A stretch of 64,000 nt of DNA from Hydrolagus affinis (taxonomy: Eukaryota), in contig JAAILG010001013.1 of NCBI GenBank assembly GCA_012026655.1, positions 1 through 64,000 of the forward strand. The letters are read 5' to 3'. The notes beneath the pieces were generated by a model. The model searched no databases, was not told where the DNA came from, and saw only the letters and a program-made list of their open reading frames with translations. The position numbers and the translations under genes are program-made. The stretch's first letter is position 1; every line of letters begins with the position of its first letter. Below, piece after piece: positions 49,620 to 63,581 of the stretch.

Positions 49620-49890
49620 GTACCCACACCTTCATCATGTCCAGATTAGATTATTCTATCATCCTACTTGACAGACTCACAAGTATCTCTCTACACAGGT
49701 TGCAAACTATCAGAACTGTGTTCTCTCTTGCGCTGGGCTCTGTGATCCTATTACCCCTCTCTCCCCTGGGCTCTAGTGACTCCCTGTCTCCGAAGATTTT
49801 TCAAGATCTTCATCCTCACATTGAGATTCCTCCACGGCCTCACCCCACTCTCTCTTTGCGACATCGTGAAACCCTTCTGCCTCCAACCAT
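49620..49890 (+). mobile_element. Old L2 fragment
   Basis: FIMSRLDYSIILL and FKIFILTLRFLHGL peptides. Confidence 0.7.
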
Positions 49891-50321
49891 CAAACCATAA
49901 AATTTATAGCTTGTCTGTGCTGGCTTGTCAGAGCAATTATTTCAGACTCATTTACCTGCCCTTTTCCAGTATTCCCCTAATTTACACCTTTATATACTTT
50001 TATCTAGTAACCCTTGGAAAGTTAGTATGGCCTCAACCACCGCTCCTGTCATTCCATATTCTCACCATCTGCACATGGAAACATCTCTCCTCAACTCTCC
50101 ATTTGCTTGTCCCTCACTAAACTTGATGCCCTGTAGTCACTGACTTACTGAAGGTAGACATTGTTTCCCCTATTGACTATGAAGACCCCTAATAATGAAA
50201 ATGATCTCTATCATCACCTCTTAACCTTCTTTGTTCCAATGGAAAAAGTCCCAGTTCATCCAGGCTCTGCACCTGGGCCAAACTACTCACCCTACATATA
50301 AACCTGGTCTTATAGGAACAT

Positions 50322-50530
50322 GTATCACAGAATCACAGAATCTTACAGCACAAAAGGAGGCCATTCGGCCCATTGAGTCTGTGCCGGCTCTTTAAAAAGA
50401 GCAACTCAATCCCACTCCCCAGCTCTCTCTCTCCCCACAACCTCGCAAACCCGTCCTCCCCAAATAACATCTACCTCGCTTTTAAAAGTTGTTATTGAAT
50501 CAGCCTCCTCCACCTTTCCAGGCAATACAT
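50322..50530 (-). mobile_element. CR1 3' end
   Basis: (cacagaat)n terminal repeat and ggaggccattcggcccattgagtctgtgccggctc. Confidence 0.88.
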
Positions 50531-51798
50531 TTCCAGTCTAAATGTTAGCACCTATTTGTAATGGGTTTCAAAACATTACTTTAAATGCCACTGGCACCGA
50601 TGTCATAAAAGCAGAAAATTGATGTACAAGCGATGTTAAATGGAAGAAAGCTCTTCAACCTATTTTATCCCTTCCTTTCAGAATATTATTTCACTATTCT
50701 GGTATTCAAAATAAGCAACATAGGTACTCACTCATGGAAGAATCCATCGAGCTGTTTCTTAAATGAGTTTGGTAAGCCTGTCCTCAGCCAGCCTTCTGGA
50801 AAAAAAACTTACTCGCTGTTTTCCTGGCTTCACATTTTGTTGGGGGATTTGAAAAATTGACAAACTGCGCATTTATTAAGAGATTTAATACGTTTCACAG
50901 TTGAGGATGCCAGTAATTTCCTGCAATTTAAAGTTTTTTTCACATTCACTATTTTCCTCAATTATTCCAGTATTGTATATTTTATGAGTTAGAAACAGAG
51001 CTCTTGGGATACCATAGATAAAACAATCATATGTTACAATGTTCCCCAAGGTACCATATTGCAGCTGGTTTTATTTCTTACCATGAAACACATACTTATA
51101 GCGTGATGATTAATAGTACAAAATGTTATTCTATACTTCAGGGTTTCTCTAGGCTGGAACTTCTTTATCTAAATTTTAGATAGGTTTTCCTAGATGCTTA
51201 GAATGATGATACTTACACAATACACAGCCACTACACTATACAGTAAATCTTGTGAAGCACTTTTAAGACATTCTCCCAGTTTGAAAAGTACTATATCAAA
51301 TGCATATTACTATTTAAATCACTAATGTGAGAATTCAATATGTTTATGATTTGATGGACATTCAAGTAGTTAATTGAGCATCATTGTATATAAGAGGATC
51401 AACGACAACAAATTAACAACAAATTATATTTGTGTAGAGCTTTTCATGTTAAGAGGACAACAGCATTTTGTGCTGATTTTAGTGGCTTGAAGTGCAATAG
51501 AACACTGTTAGACTCTAGGAAAAGCTCTGTTTTTTATTCCTGCTCTGAGCTGTGTAACGTGGGGTATTGTTGAAGGCACTATATTTGTTCCAAATAAGAG
51601 AAGGAGGCAAAACAGCATCAGGATTATGTTTGTATTAAAGATGGATGATGACCAATTCAGGCTTGGCTGGGATACCATCCACAACTGAATATCGATCAAT
51701 ACTCTTAGTTTTACTTATGCCACATTTGATTTTGGCTCGACCTGCCACTGTAATTAAGATTTCTAACGGTTCCTATAAACTACACCATCACTATAATC

Positions 51799-52096
51799 GT
51801 GGAGCTCCTGTGGCTCAGTGGTTAGAGCACTCGCCTTACAAACTGGGGAAACCTGTGTTCGAAACCTTGGGCCAGTTTCCTTACTCCACACACTTATTAA
51901 CAACCCCCCACCAAAAAAAATAATTGGTCATTTCAATCTACGACTGTTTGTGGGACACTGCTGTGCGCAATTGGGGGCTGCATTTCGCCCACAAATATAC
52001 AGTCAATTCACTTTACAGTATATTCTGTGAAGCGCTTTGAGACGTCGATAAGATGTGAAAAACGCTATATCAAATGCAAGGATTATTATTATTATT
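51799..52096 (+). mobile_element. Full-length young SINE (single ctgggga head insert)
   Basis: A-box TGGCTCAGTGG, B-box GTTCGAAACC, (tta)n tail. Confidence 0.92.
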
Positions 52097-52809
52097 ACTT
52101 TACAATATATCTGCTGTGAGATGATCTCTGGACATAAAAAGGCTCTGTATCAAATGTGAGCATTACTATAATTAATAATTTTAGCAGCTGGAACACGATT
52201 ATACCATGTTGTCTGCAATGAAATATCAAGAGAGCTAAAGTCTGCTCCTCTGCCTATAAAACCATACCCCAGCATACATCCTCCATATAAGCTGAGCATC
52301 TTAACCAATAAATAAAACAAACAATTTGTGGACAGTTATGTATGCATCTCAGAGAGCTTTGAGCTATTTTGGCAAAGTGGTAAAGCTCTATTTCAAATAC
52401 AAGTGTTGTAGTATTGTATTACAGATCAGTGTGGACATTTTGCTGGGTTGGCTTTCTGACAAATAGGTATGAACGTTTCCACAGTCCACTACACATCACA
52501 GAAATCAACTAAGGGATGGCTTATTGGTGAACTGAATGCCTTAAATATTTGAGGTAAAGACCGTGAGTTTAGTTGTATCAACCTTTATTTGCATTGTTGT
52601 CAAAAATATGGTAATTTTTAATCTTCATTAAAAAAAATGCAAATGTATGTGCACAAAAAATGGAACAATCTAAGTTAATAAACATCAAGAAATATTTAAA
52701 GCGTGAACATAATATTTTACAATTATCAATAAGTGACCAATTGTCAATGGATAAGGTGTATATAAATTGGCTGTTTCCACTTGGTGAGTGCAAACAAGGG
52801 ATTATTTAA

Positions 52810-53102
52810 CAATAATAATAATCCTTGCATTTGATGTAGCACTTTTCATGTCTTCTAGACGTCTCAAAGCTCTTCACAGAATATACTGTAAAGTGAATTG
52901 ACTGTATATTTGTGGGCGAAACGTGGCGCCAATTGCGCACAGCAGTGTCCCCCACAAACAGTCGTGGATTGAAATGACCAATTTTATTATTGTGGTATTA
53001 TTAGGCGCGCGTGTGTGTGTAGGTGTAGGTGTGTGTGTGGAGTAAGGAAACTTGCCCAAGGTTTCACCCTGACCTGCCTGGATTCGAAACACAGATCTCA
53101 CG
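52810..53102 (-). mobile_element. Young SINE with an internal GT-type microsatellite expansion
   Basis: Standard body; ggcgtgtggag expanded to ggcgcgcgtgtgtgtgtaggtgtaggtgtgtgtgtggag. Confidence 0.9.
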
Positions 53103-55199
53103 TTGAGCTGATGAAATCACATGTTCCAACCACAGCTATCTGATAAAACCAGTTTCAGTGTGAATTCTTATGAAGGTAAAATCTGAGAAACTATCAGTTG
53201 ATAGGTCAACTATGCAGCGTCATTATCTGTCAGAATTGTCCACTTATCTCGAGTGTTAACTGACTGCCTTTAATAGTAAAATCTTCTGTGTCTGAGCGAG
53301 ATGCACTTGACAGAAAGACAGGCCAAGCTCAGGTACCCAGCACTGACTGCCTTACTCTATTAGAGAAACGATTCACTGACGAGCTGGCCTTGTAGGTTAA
53401 AGACTTCAAAGATTATTCTTCCAAGACAGCTTCAGCACCAAGTAATCTGCAGACTTTATTTTGAATTTGCCGAATGCTTTCTTAAAATTAAAATCACTAT
53501 CTGATTAGTTTGCGTTGACGGTCCCACGAGGAGGAAACAATTCTCTGCATCTCTGAGCCCAAACTGTAACCTGATTGGACGGTTGTCCCTGAGAAACACA
53601 GGTAAAGTTGATAAATGATAATACAAGTCTATTTTACAATTCAGGCTAAGAGAGGCAGTTTATTCCAATTGTGCACACACTAATTCATGATCAGGTAAGG
53701 CTTTGCAGAAGGAACATTTGGAGTTATTTTGCTCTGCGGGTTCTGTGCGGCACATTTATTGACCTGAGGAAAATGCAATTCTCCTACAATTGTCAAGTTC
53801 CGCACATTTATCCCCGTGCGCTGCTAAATCACTACAGTAATATAAAGTATCAGGCATTGCCATTAATAGAGTAACGTGAAAAAAAAAGCTTTCAAATTGC
53901 AATTGGCTTTTTTGTAAGCATAAAATGGCAATTTCACAAAATGTACCAAACGAATAGTTACTTGGCGCACATCAATGAGCAGATTAACCTCCAGAAATGA
54001 AACATGATTTTAGTACAAAAAAAAGCTGTACTTTTGACAAAGAGGTCAAACATTCCCGAGGAAATCATCGACACAAGTTATTCGGTTGTGCATCTCAAGC
54101 TGTTAAAAAAAACATGTTATCATCGTTAAATGCAACTAAATATAATGATTTAATACAACGCTTTCCAATCAAAACTATCCTCCGTATTCCCATGTCTTGT
54201 TTTTCTCTGACTACTTTGATATATTTCTGATGGGAGCCTTATTTTCACTTTAATTTCTACACCAAAGCATTTCAAATACAGAATCCACCGCAGTCCAGTT
54301 AATAATCGCTGGGATTCGGTTGTCGCATCGATCATTCAGTGAGAAGTGATTTTTCTTTTGTTCAGAATTAATGCAAAATTTGCACTGTGTGTTATACGTC
54401 ATGTTTCTGCAGGAAACACGGAAAATGAATTACAAGAGCTCGGGCAATGAGTCTAATATGTGATGATTTCTATCAGGATTCCTTAATGAAAACTCTGCCG
54501 GGGGATTCCTGTACCGTACATCAGGCAAACTCTTCTCCAGACGCAGGTAGCACTGGAATGGAGTTCCTGTTAATTAGCCTGATGTTTTCCTGTTTCCTTG
54601 TTAAGGCAGCAAGTTTGAAATTAGATTAAATCCCAGCGAATCGTAATAATAATAATCCTTGCGTGTGAGATAGCCCCTTACCCAGATGTCAAAAGTGCTT
54701 CACGGAACTTATTGTAAAGTGATGTAACTGTGTGTTTTGTGGGCGGATGTGGTAGCCATTTTTTTTTGTAGCAAAGCAATGATCCACAAACAGCCAAAAA
54801 GTCAATGACTAATTTTATCTGGGGAAGTGTAGGCCAGGATACTGTGAGAAACTCGCTTCTCTAACTTTCCTTCTCTTTTCGTCTCAATATCTCAACTCTC
54901 ATTCTGTCGTGGGGAATCAGGTTTCATGGCACACTCTGGGTGGGAGACAGATGTCCATTTTTAAAAAAAAACCAACAAAGTTGCCAGATTTATATTTCAG
55001 GGACATTTCATATGAGAAAAAGGACACTTTAGCACTTTTCGCCTGATGAAAATTGTACAAAGACAATTAAAAATTTCAACAAAAAAAATCCTTTTGAATG
55101 GCTTCTCTATAAGTACTGTAAGAGGTTTTGATTACTCATCACATTTTACATCCTTCTCGCTTGTGCCAGTGGTACAATAAGATTTAGTCAATAAAATGT

Positions 55200-55972
55200 C
55201 TGTCACACATCAGCAAGACTTGATTGGCTCCCATCAGCGCCTCCGCACCTCAGGCACTGACACCATCACCATCCAGGATGCACATTCCATCTCACCACTG
55301 CGTCTTGTTTGACCCTCAACTATCATTTCTAGCTTAGATCCTCACCATTGGCCAACTCTGCCTTCCCTCACCTCCACAACCCGCCCGGCTCTGTCACAGT
55401 CTCAAACCCTCAAACCACAGGCTGCCAAAATCCTCAGACACACATTCATATTATCCAGGCTTGACTATGGAAACTCACCGCTTGTCAGCCTCCCCAAGGC
55501 TACTCTCTATAGGCTGCAAATCATCCAGAGCTCTGATGCCCGTGTTCTCTCCCTCACCAGGCTCCATCCTCCTATCACTCCCATTCTCGCCCGACTCCAC
55601 TGGCTTCCCATCACACAGAGAATACAATTCAAGATCCTGGTTCTCACCTTCAGAGCCCTCCATGGCCTTTCTCCGCCCCTACCTATACAATCTAACAACT
55701 TGCCCGTTCCATCCACTCCAGGCTGCTTCATGAAGGACCTACAGCCACTGTGCCCTCACCCTACAACTCCATCCTGCAGTCCCTCCACATCACCCCCCCA
55801 CCCCCTGTACATCCTTCAAGACCTGTCTCAAGACCCTCCTCTTTGACTGTGCCTTTGATCACTCTCCTTGCCCCTGCCTCCCACCCTCCCATCTTGGATC
55901 TGAATCACTGTCCAGTGATTTGGGACATCCTCCTGATGTGAGTGGTGCTATATAATGTAATTTTATTGTTGT
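55200..55972 (+). mobile_element. L2 LINE 3' fragment
   Basis: ITPILARLHWLPITQRIQFKILVLTFRALHG encoded at about 55575-55665; L2 tail. Confidence 0.88.
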
Positions 55973-57104
55973 AGATGGCCCTGTTTCAAATGCCTTTCTA
56001 AATCCACTCTCTCCTGTTCAAAGACAAATCCATGATGCCACAAAAGAACTGATGATGAACGACTTCCCCTTGCTCTTGGCAAAGCAGGTTTGGTTGGTTC
56101 TGATAGGGGAATCAATAATTCTTTCGATAGATTTTGCAAGATAGAAAAGAGTACAGGATGAGGTCAAATCAGGTCAGGCTGGGGAACTCTTCATTCAATT
56201 TCTATAAGATGCCTTTGATCGAGATACTGAAGTGGTTGCAGATTATCTCTGATGAGGGCTGGAGTCCCACTATAATCTTGTACACAGGAAATATGGTCAT
56301 AAATAAACTATCTGCACCAAATGGATAGAAATGATCAATACAACTCTGGAATGCAAGTCTTTGATTCAAGTGTGGAAACAGATTGATGCTGTAACAACAT
56401 TATTCACTGTGAGCATACGCGTTTATCCATTGGGTTCCGATTAACTGCAAACTAAAGTCTTAACTGATTGGGTGGTCCTGATTGTTGGACAAGCGATGGG
56501 AAGCTTTCCACGCAATGATAAGGTGCCATTTCTGCAGCACATTCATTTATTTTTTGTTAAAAATTGTGATGTAGAATGAAAGGGTTTTAACGACTACAGT
56601 TGGAGAGAGAATCAGGATGTTAGAGAAAGATATGGTCAAAACGTTAATTTTTTAGGAGATTTCGGGCTCTATGGGCAGGAGAATAAATGCTGATGTTGAC
56701 ATATTTTTCAAATGATAACCAATTTTCCCATTCAGATGCTGATTGACCAACACTTTCTGTTGTATTCTCACTGTTGTTATTCAGCTGATACATAGGAAAT
56801 GTCCATTAGCTTTAAGACACCATTATGAGATCAGTAACTCACATGTGGAATGCTGGTTTGAGCCCAAGGCAGAATTCTCAGATGGTCTGGGCCGTGGCTC
56901 CAGTACATTGTGCACAGATCTTGTCTACAAAGACTAACTGCAAAAACAAGTTTTCTTTAATTCCATTCATCATTTCAACTCTTAAATGTTTGCAGTTTCT
57001 CGATTGGTGAATAGAATACATGACACAATCATCTTAGCATAACTATGTCTGCGTAATATATGCTATTTCATATTATGAATACATTGTGTAGGTTATTTTA
57101 TACA

Positions 57105-57307
57105 AAAACAACAAAATTACACTTGTATAGTGCCTTCGGGTCGGGAGGACGTCCCAAGGCGCTGGACAGTCATTGTTTCAGACCCAAGCTGAGGATGCGG
57201 ATGGGACAGGGAAGGTGGAGGGAAAGGGGGGGATTAGTGGGACCATCGAAGAGGAGGGTCTTGAGGTGGGACTTGAAGGAGACCAGGGAGGGGCGAGGCG
57301 GAGGGAC
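57105..57307 (-). mobile_element. L2 3' end
   Basis: aacaaaattacacttgtatagtgcc..ggacgtcccaaggcgctg. Confidence 0.85.
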
Positions 57308-57480
57308 TATAATAATAATAAACCTTGCATTTGACTAGCGCTTTTCACATCTTATTGACGTCCCAAAGCGCTTCACAGAATATACTGTAAAGTGAATTGG
57401 CTGTATATTTGTGGGTGAAACGCGGCAGCCAATTGCACACAGCAGCGTCCCACACAAACAGTCGCGGATTTAAATGATAA
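57308..57480 (-). mobile_element. Young SINE 3' half
   Basis: Tail and body near-identical to other young copies. Confidence 0.9.
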
Positions 57481-58751
57481 TTGTTTTAAAAATAAAGTAT
57501 TTCATGCTATTGGGATCAAACGGCCACATTCACAAACTACAAACAATTGGTGACTGAAATTCTGGAATTCAAACCAATTTGCTCAAAAACTGAAACTGAG
57601 AATCTTAAAAGCCAAGTCTGGCTGTTTTACTCTCACCTTTTAATAAACTTTTCTGATATTTTCACTGTGACAGTTTCATCGTCTTGTTTATATTATTGTA
57701 TTTTACTGTACAGGGTTTATTACTGTGTTCACTCTACACATCACTGACCAATCTGTGAGAGATTGCTGGAGTTCTGTTCTCATTGTGTAGCAATGAATGG
57801 GTCAGGTTTATGTGACTATCATGTTCTCTGGTTCTCTTACTGATGTAAGGACTGCAGGATGGAGTTGGGGGCAGAGTGGCTGATGGGGGGCGGTGGGTGG
57901 GTAGACAGGTTAATCAGGGTCCTGCCTGGCTGGTCAGGTGGAGGTGAATACCGTACTGGGGAATGGGCTGTTTTCCTGTTGCCTTCATCAGCACTCAAAG
58001 ATAATTTGGAGGACATTGCATATATTCATAAATATTGAACCACGACAGTAACTGCATGTATTCATCTGACCAGTAACAACACTAAAGTTTATTCAATGGG
58101 TTGGAGTAGATATTCTGTGGGTCGGTGTGACACACACACACGGGTTCTGGCAGCATTCCACATAAACAAATTTGAATATTGTATTTTTGACCCCAATAAC
58201 ACATCGAGTGTCCACCCCATTAGCTATAACACCCGCAAAAATATTTCTTGTTGTTTTGCTCACCACTGCTGTCAGCTCGAAGGGCAGTTTAGTAAAAGAT
58301 TAATGTTTTACGGTTGACACTTTCCTCAAAACCTGTATCCAGCTTCGCTGAGAAAACTGTGAGGAACGTGCAATCAAAGATCATAGGGTAACAATTCCCT
58401 GCTGTAATACAAGATTTAACAGAATTTGTTGTGCAGAGAGCTTGTAATTTGATGGTCACAGTATGCATTTTTACTACAAATATTCTATATAGGGTTTGCG
58501 TTACAAATATCACAATGCCACACTCCAGATACACCAATAAAAATGCAATTATCATACTTGGTTTAAACTGACTTGGACATGTCAGTCCTCAAATTGGTTA
58601 CTGGATCGTGATTGACTCGCCTTCTCAGGTCTCACGTGGTGGAGAATATAACTGACAATCAGAACAGTGGCATTGCATATCTTTGTTACCCACACAATAT
58701 CGCCAGGAGTCTCTGCGAGCACCGATAACTGGATTCAAATCCAGGTGACTT

Positions 58752-59045
58752 AATAATAATCTTGCATTTGATATCGTGCATTTCACGTCTTCTAGATGTG
58801 AAATGCTTCACAGAGTGTACTGCAAAGTTAATTGACTGTATATTTGTGGGCTAAACGTAGCAGCCAGCAGCACACAGCAGTGTCCCACAAAGCGCTGTGG
58901 ATTGAAGTGACCAATTTATTAGTGTTTTTTCTTTTTCAGGGATTATTATCAGGCGTGTGGAGTAAGGAAACTTGCCCAAGGTTGGAATCGAACTCAGGTT
59001 TCAGACTTGTGAGGCGAGTGCTCTGACCACTAAGTTACAGGATTC
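58752..59045 (-). mobile_element. Full-length young SINE
   Basis: Tail to head gtgctctgaccactaagttacaggattcca. Confidence 0.88.
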
Positions 59046-59584
59046 CAGAATATAATGATATTCTGGTGAATAGGTGAACGGCTGCTACATTCGCCTCTAG
59101 TCATTACCACTACAGTAAACCCTGTGCAATGATTTGAGTGTCTGCTTTTAAAAGCTTGATATTCTGACCCTTCCAATTTGAGTTCTATTAGCGTAGTTTT
59201 GATAATGTGTAACATAGCAGGCCTGAGGTAGCAACAAACAGCCAGCTCAGCTTCAGAGAGGTACGATGGTCCCCAATTCTTCACTCATTGACGACACTGC
59301 AGATTAAGTAGATAATGATTCTTATGCTATTATTTATTTAGACTTTCAGCATGCATTATATTAATGATTTTTTAATTAAACAAAAAACCCAAAGGACATG
59401 GGACTTTATCAGAATCTGATTAACAACTCGGAAAGTGAATAGTCTGAGGGGTGATGATGCTAGGCTGGGTTGGGTGGAGTTCCATCACAGTCAGTGCTTG
59501 AACGATTTCTGCTTCTAATCTACATGAATTAGTTGGATAATGACACTTTAAAAGGGAGATGTTGTTTTAGAAATCGGTTAACAA

Positions 59585-59722
59585 CTGGCTTGTGGGACAC
59601 TGCTGTACACAATTGGCTGCCACTGAATATACAGTTAATTTATGTTACAGTATATTCCGTGAAACGTTTTGAGACGTCTAGAAGATGTGAAAAAGCACGA
59701 TATCAAATGCAAGGATTATTTT
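59585..59722 (+). mobile_element. Young SINE 3' half
   Basis: tgtgggacactgctgtacacaattggctgcc..tatcaaatgcaaggattatt. Confidence 0.85.
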
Positions 59723-61288
59723 GATTAATAAAAGCCTAGGCTGTAAACTGGGCACATTTGGTGACGAACCTAAAACAGAGGGAGCAATCAACACATACTA
59801 TATAGAATTGGATACAATTAGAGAATTGCAAATGAAATTTAACATCTATAGCTCTGAAAAATTATATTAATCCATGTATTGATACAGTGCCTGGTCACAA
59901 TGTGAAGGCTTCAAAGCGCTTCACAGGATCCACTGTCAAGTGTATTGACTGCTCATTCTGCAAGTGATCATGGCAGTCACTGTGTGCACAGCTAATTGGT
60001 TTAAAAACAATAAGGTGTAAGATCAAGCTGAACAAAACTGGAGTAGAGAAGGAAAGTTTAATAACGGGAATAACGGCAGATCCAATACCTTCATTGCGAA
60101 GAATAAGGGGGAGATTTACATATCTATTAAAATGCTGGAATACAGAAATTGCACTAAAACATAACATTGCACTGATCAGATCAAATCTACAATAGTCTGT
60201 TCAGTTTGGTCACCGTGCCTCACATGTTTGCATTAGAAAAGGTGTTTACGTTAATATGGATTGATGTTACGTGTAAACAAAGTATGAAAATAGATTAGAG
60301 AAACACAAGCTTTATAGTTTGGAAAAAAAAGACGCTTGGATTTAAGTACTGTATATGAAATACTTAAAGGTACAGATAAAGTAAACCTGAGCCAAGAATG
60401 TACACATAGACATGTGCCGTCTGCTCAGACACAAAGATGTTGGAGAGGGTAAGTCAATTCTGTCTGCTGAACAATAGACTTTATTCCTGCTGATTTTCTT
60501 GGCCTGAGCCAATGTTTATAGTCCACATGAGCCTCGATCCATCCCAAATCCCGCACTGTAACCTCCCCTGTCTAATTATTTCAACTACCTGCCCATCTGC
60601 CTGTGCAGATGTAGATGAAAGATCCCACTGTACTATTCAAAAAGAGTTTGCTCCCTCCATCAGTTTGTGGGACATTGCTGCCCACAAATTGGACTGTTAC
60701 ATCACCTGACTGTGATTTCTGTGAAGGCTCAGAGATCTAATAAAGTGCGACATCAAATGCACGGATTATTAATCTGAATCAGGTTCAATGTCTTGCTCAG
60801 GGCTCTGAGACACTACACAGGTGAAGGGCACTATATAAATGCAAATTGTTGTATTCAAAACAATTAAATGTGCTCAGATGTACTAGAGGAGTGAAGTTAA
60901 GTGGATCAATTGGCTTTTTCTCATGCATAAACTTCTTTTTAAATTAGCACAATTTAAACTCTTGTCGCATAAACTGAGTAGTGACTGGGAGCGTACTGCA
61001 TGCGTGTTCAGGACAAGCCCTGGTAACAGACAGACAGGTACCAGATCCTGTTGTAAATCTACTACACAAGGAAGGTTCTCTCACAACATTTAGAAGTTTG
61101 AGGAAATGTGAATTTCATTCTGAGATCCAGATATTAAAAAAAAACTTAATATTTTGTGATATTGTGGAGCCTGGAACAGGTTTATTGGCACATGCAGATA
61201 TGTGAAGGGAAAGTAATGAATACATTGGCTGGTTACAGTTGGGTTACAAATATATAGAAGGCTGTCATTTTTTAAAATGTTTGCGGTA

Positions 61289-61294
61289 TTTATT
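61289..61294 (-). terminator. Candidate polyadenylation signal AATAAA
   Basis: tttatt on the + strand, about 160 nt downstream of the putative stop at 61453. Confidence 0.45.
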
Positions 61295-61452
61295 AACACG
61301 TCCTCATCGCTGTAAATTTAAAAACACAGGAGCCGGAATGACTTCTTAAATGACAATTGTATCCAATGATAAATCAGTTGATCCAATGTTCTAAAGTCTC
61401 CACTGGTTATTTATCCTCTTCTGCATGCAAGGGCTCTCCTATTCTTATTGTA

Positions 61453-61539
61453 TCAACTTGCTGGATTGAAATTGTTTTCTTCCAATACATTTTCATCTTC
61501 TCCCTCCTCCTCATCTTCCTCGAGCTCTTCATCATCTTC
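61453..61539 (-). CDS. Putative terminal coding exon of an unidentified gene (acidic C-terminus)
   Basis: Acceptor cttcttcttcacag|GAA; phase-0 translation EDDEELEEDEEEGEDENVLEENNFNPAS*; frame-compatible with exon 63582-63816. Confidence 0.65.
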   Translation of the reverse strand, partial: EDDEELEEDEEEGEDENVLEENNFNPAS

Positions 61540-62221
61540 CTGTGAAGAAGAAGTTTTTTTTATCATCTAATGAACAATTCAGGACTAATACCAATTCTAA
61601 TAACAACAGTACTTCTTGCTAATGTCTGTATACAATTTTAAAGAGCATCTATATTAATATTTAGTTTGCAAGAACACAATAACATTGCAGTATACAGTGT
61701 TGCCTAATTATATTATCTTTAACATATATTCAATCAATATTCCATTGTGTTACTATTATTCATCATAATTACAAGGTGAAAAACAACGCCATAGATTCAG
61801 GTAGCAACTTATCCTTCACCATTAATGCTGCAATAATCATATCAAAAGACCATTTCCTCCCCACTTACAAATCGGTGTAAAGGGATTTTATTTAAACAGT
61901 TTCCTTACAACATATGTACTATAAGGTACAGACCAGAAGGCTACGAATTAATATTATGAAGTAGCTGTCATAAGAAAGTGTTCCTTCAATTTTGTAATGA
62001 GTTATTTCTGATATACCAGCTGAAGACTATAAATCTTATTTCAGACATTTATGCTTCTATGTTGTATTTTATGCACTATACAGCATAGCTTCCCGACAAG
62101 CCTGCCAATTTTCCAATTACTGGTAGCCCCATATGTTATCGGAAATTCAGTCAAGTCTAAAATGGGAGAAAAGATCGTGTCAGATAGCAGTATGCTAGCA
62201 ATCTTCCATAACTCTAACTTA

Positions 62222-62560
62222 TAATAAATAATAATAATAATCCTTGCATTTGATATAGCGCTTTTCACATCTTATCGACGTCCCAAAGCGCTTCACAGAA
62301 TATACTGTAAAGTGAATTGACTGTATATTTGTGGGTGAATCGCGGCAGCCAATTGCACACAGCAGTGTCCCACACACAGTCGTGGATTGAAATGACCAAT
62401 TTTATTATTGTGTTTTTTTGGAGGGATTATTATTAGGCGTGTGGAGTAAGGAAACTTGCCCAAGGTTTGGCCCTGACCTGCCTGGATTTGAACACAGCTC
62501 TCCCCAGCTTGGCCTCCCCAGCTTGCAAGACAAGTGCTCTAACCACTGAGCCACAGGAAC
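62222..62560 (-). mobile_element. Full-length young SINE (subfamily with duplicated head insert)
   Basis: Highly similar to 25943-26295, including ctccccagct twice. Confidence 0.93.
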
Positions 62561-63581
62561 TTAGGGGGTTTGCATGCCAGTTACTGTGTGGCTTTTGTAA
62601 TACAATTGCTTAAGCAGGGCAGGATCAGACTGTCATCAAGAATGATTGATACTTCCTATTGAATGTTCAACGGCACTTCTAACGATACAAGGATCTCAGA
62701 TCTACGGGTGATATCACGGGTTTCGGTTAAAAATAAATTAAGAAACATATTTGCTCACTGGTGTTTGGAATCCTTTTATGATTCAATATATACTGAGAAG
62801 TTATACAATTACTTAAGAATCCACAGCACCAAAATAGGTCATTCAGCCCAACCTGTCTGTGCCAGTATTTATTCTCCACGTGAGTCTCCATCCATCTATC
62901 CCTGAACCACCCCCCACCCTCTAACCTTCCCTCTATTTCCTTCAACTGCCACACTTGACAAGAGTTCTACATTCTCACCACCCTCTCTATAAAGAGGTTT
63001 CTCGTAAACTCCCTTATAGATCCATTATTAGCCGTGAGAGTGTTTTAAAATTGCAAAGCAGTCAAATTTGTGTAAAAATAACCAGCGACAGCACAGGCCA
63101 CTTTACACCCAGGATAGTATTATTTTCCAATGTATTAATGCTCTGACATGAATGTGTTTAGTGATTACTGTTAAAATGTTTCATGATCGTTGTCCGCAGA
63201 ACAATGGTCAGGTTCATTCACACCTCAAATTGAATAAGTCTTGAAGGTTTTCAGAAAACATGAAACTGTTTATCTGGAGAGATCTTTGGAGAGCGACCTG
63301 CAGGTCTGAAGGGCTGAACAAGCTGAAGAGAGACAGAGAGAGAGAGAGCGCAACCTGCCTGATTGTTTTCTGTGGAAAAAAAAGCATTGTTTTGCAAAGC
63401 AAAACATATTGTCAATACAACTTTCCAATTTTTTCCATTTTTGTTCAATTCTTTTACTTATGACTTAAAAGTCAATGCAGTAAATCTATATACAAATTTA
63501 TAATATTCGATTGGGAATTAGAAGCTCATTGCTTTAAATGGAAATGTAGCAAGTTAGCAGCTGATATATTCCTGTCTGTAC

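Noticed and set aside
62041-62160. Possible extra exon of the minus-strand gene (ttttctcccattttag acceptor)
   Set aside because: Available frames and phases are not compatible with the flanking exons.
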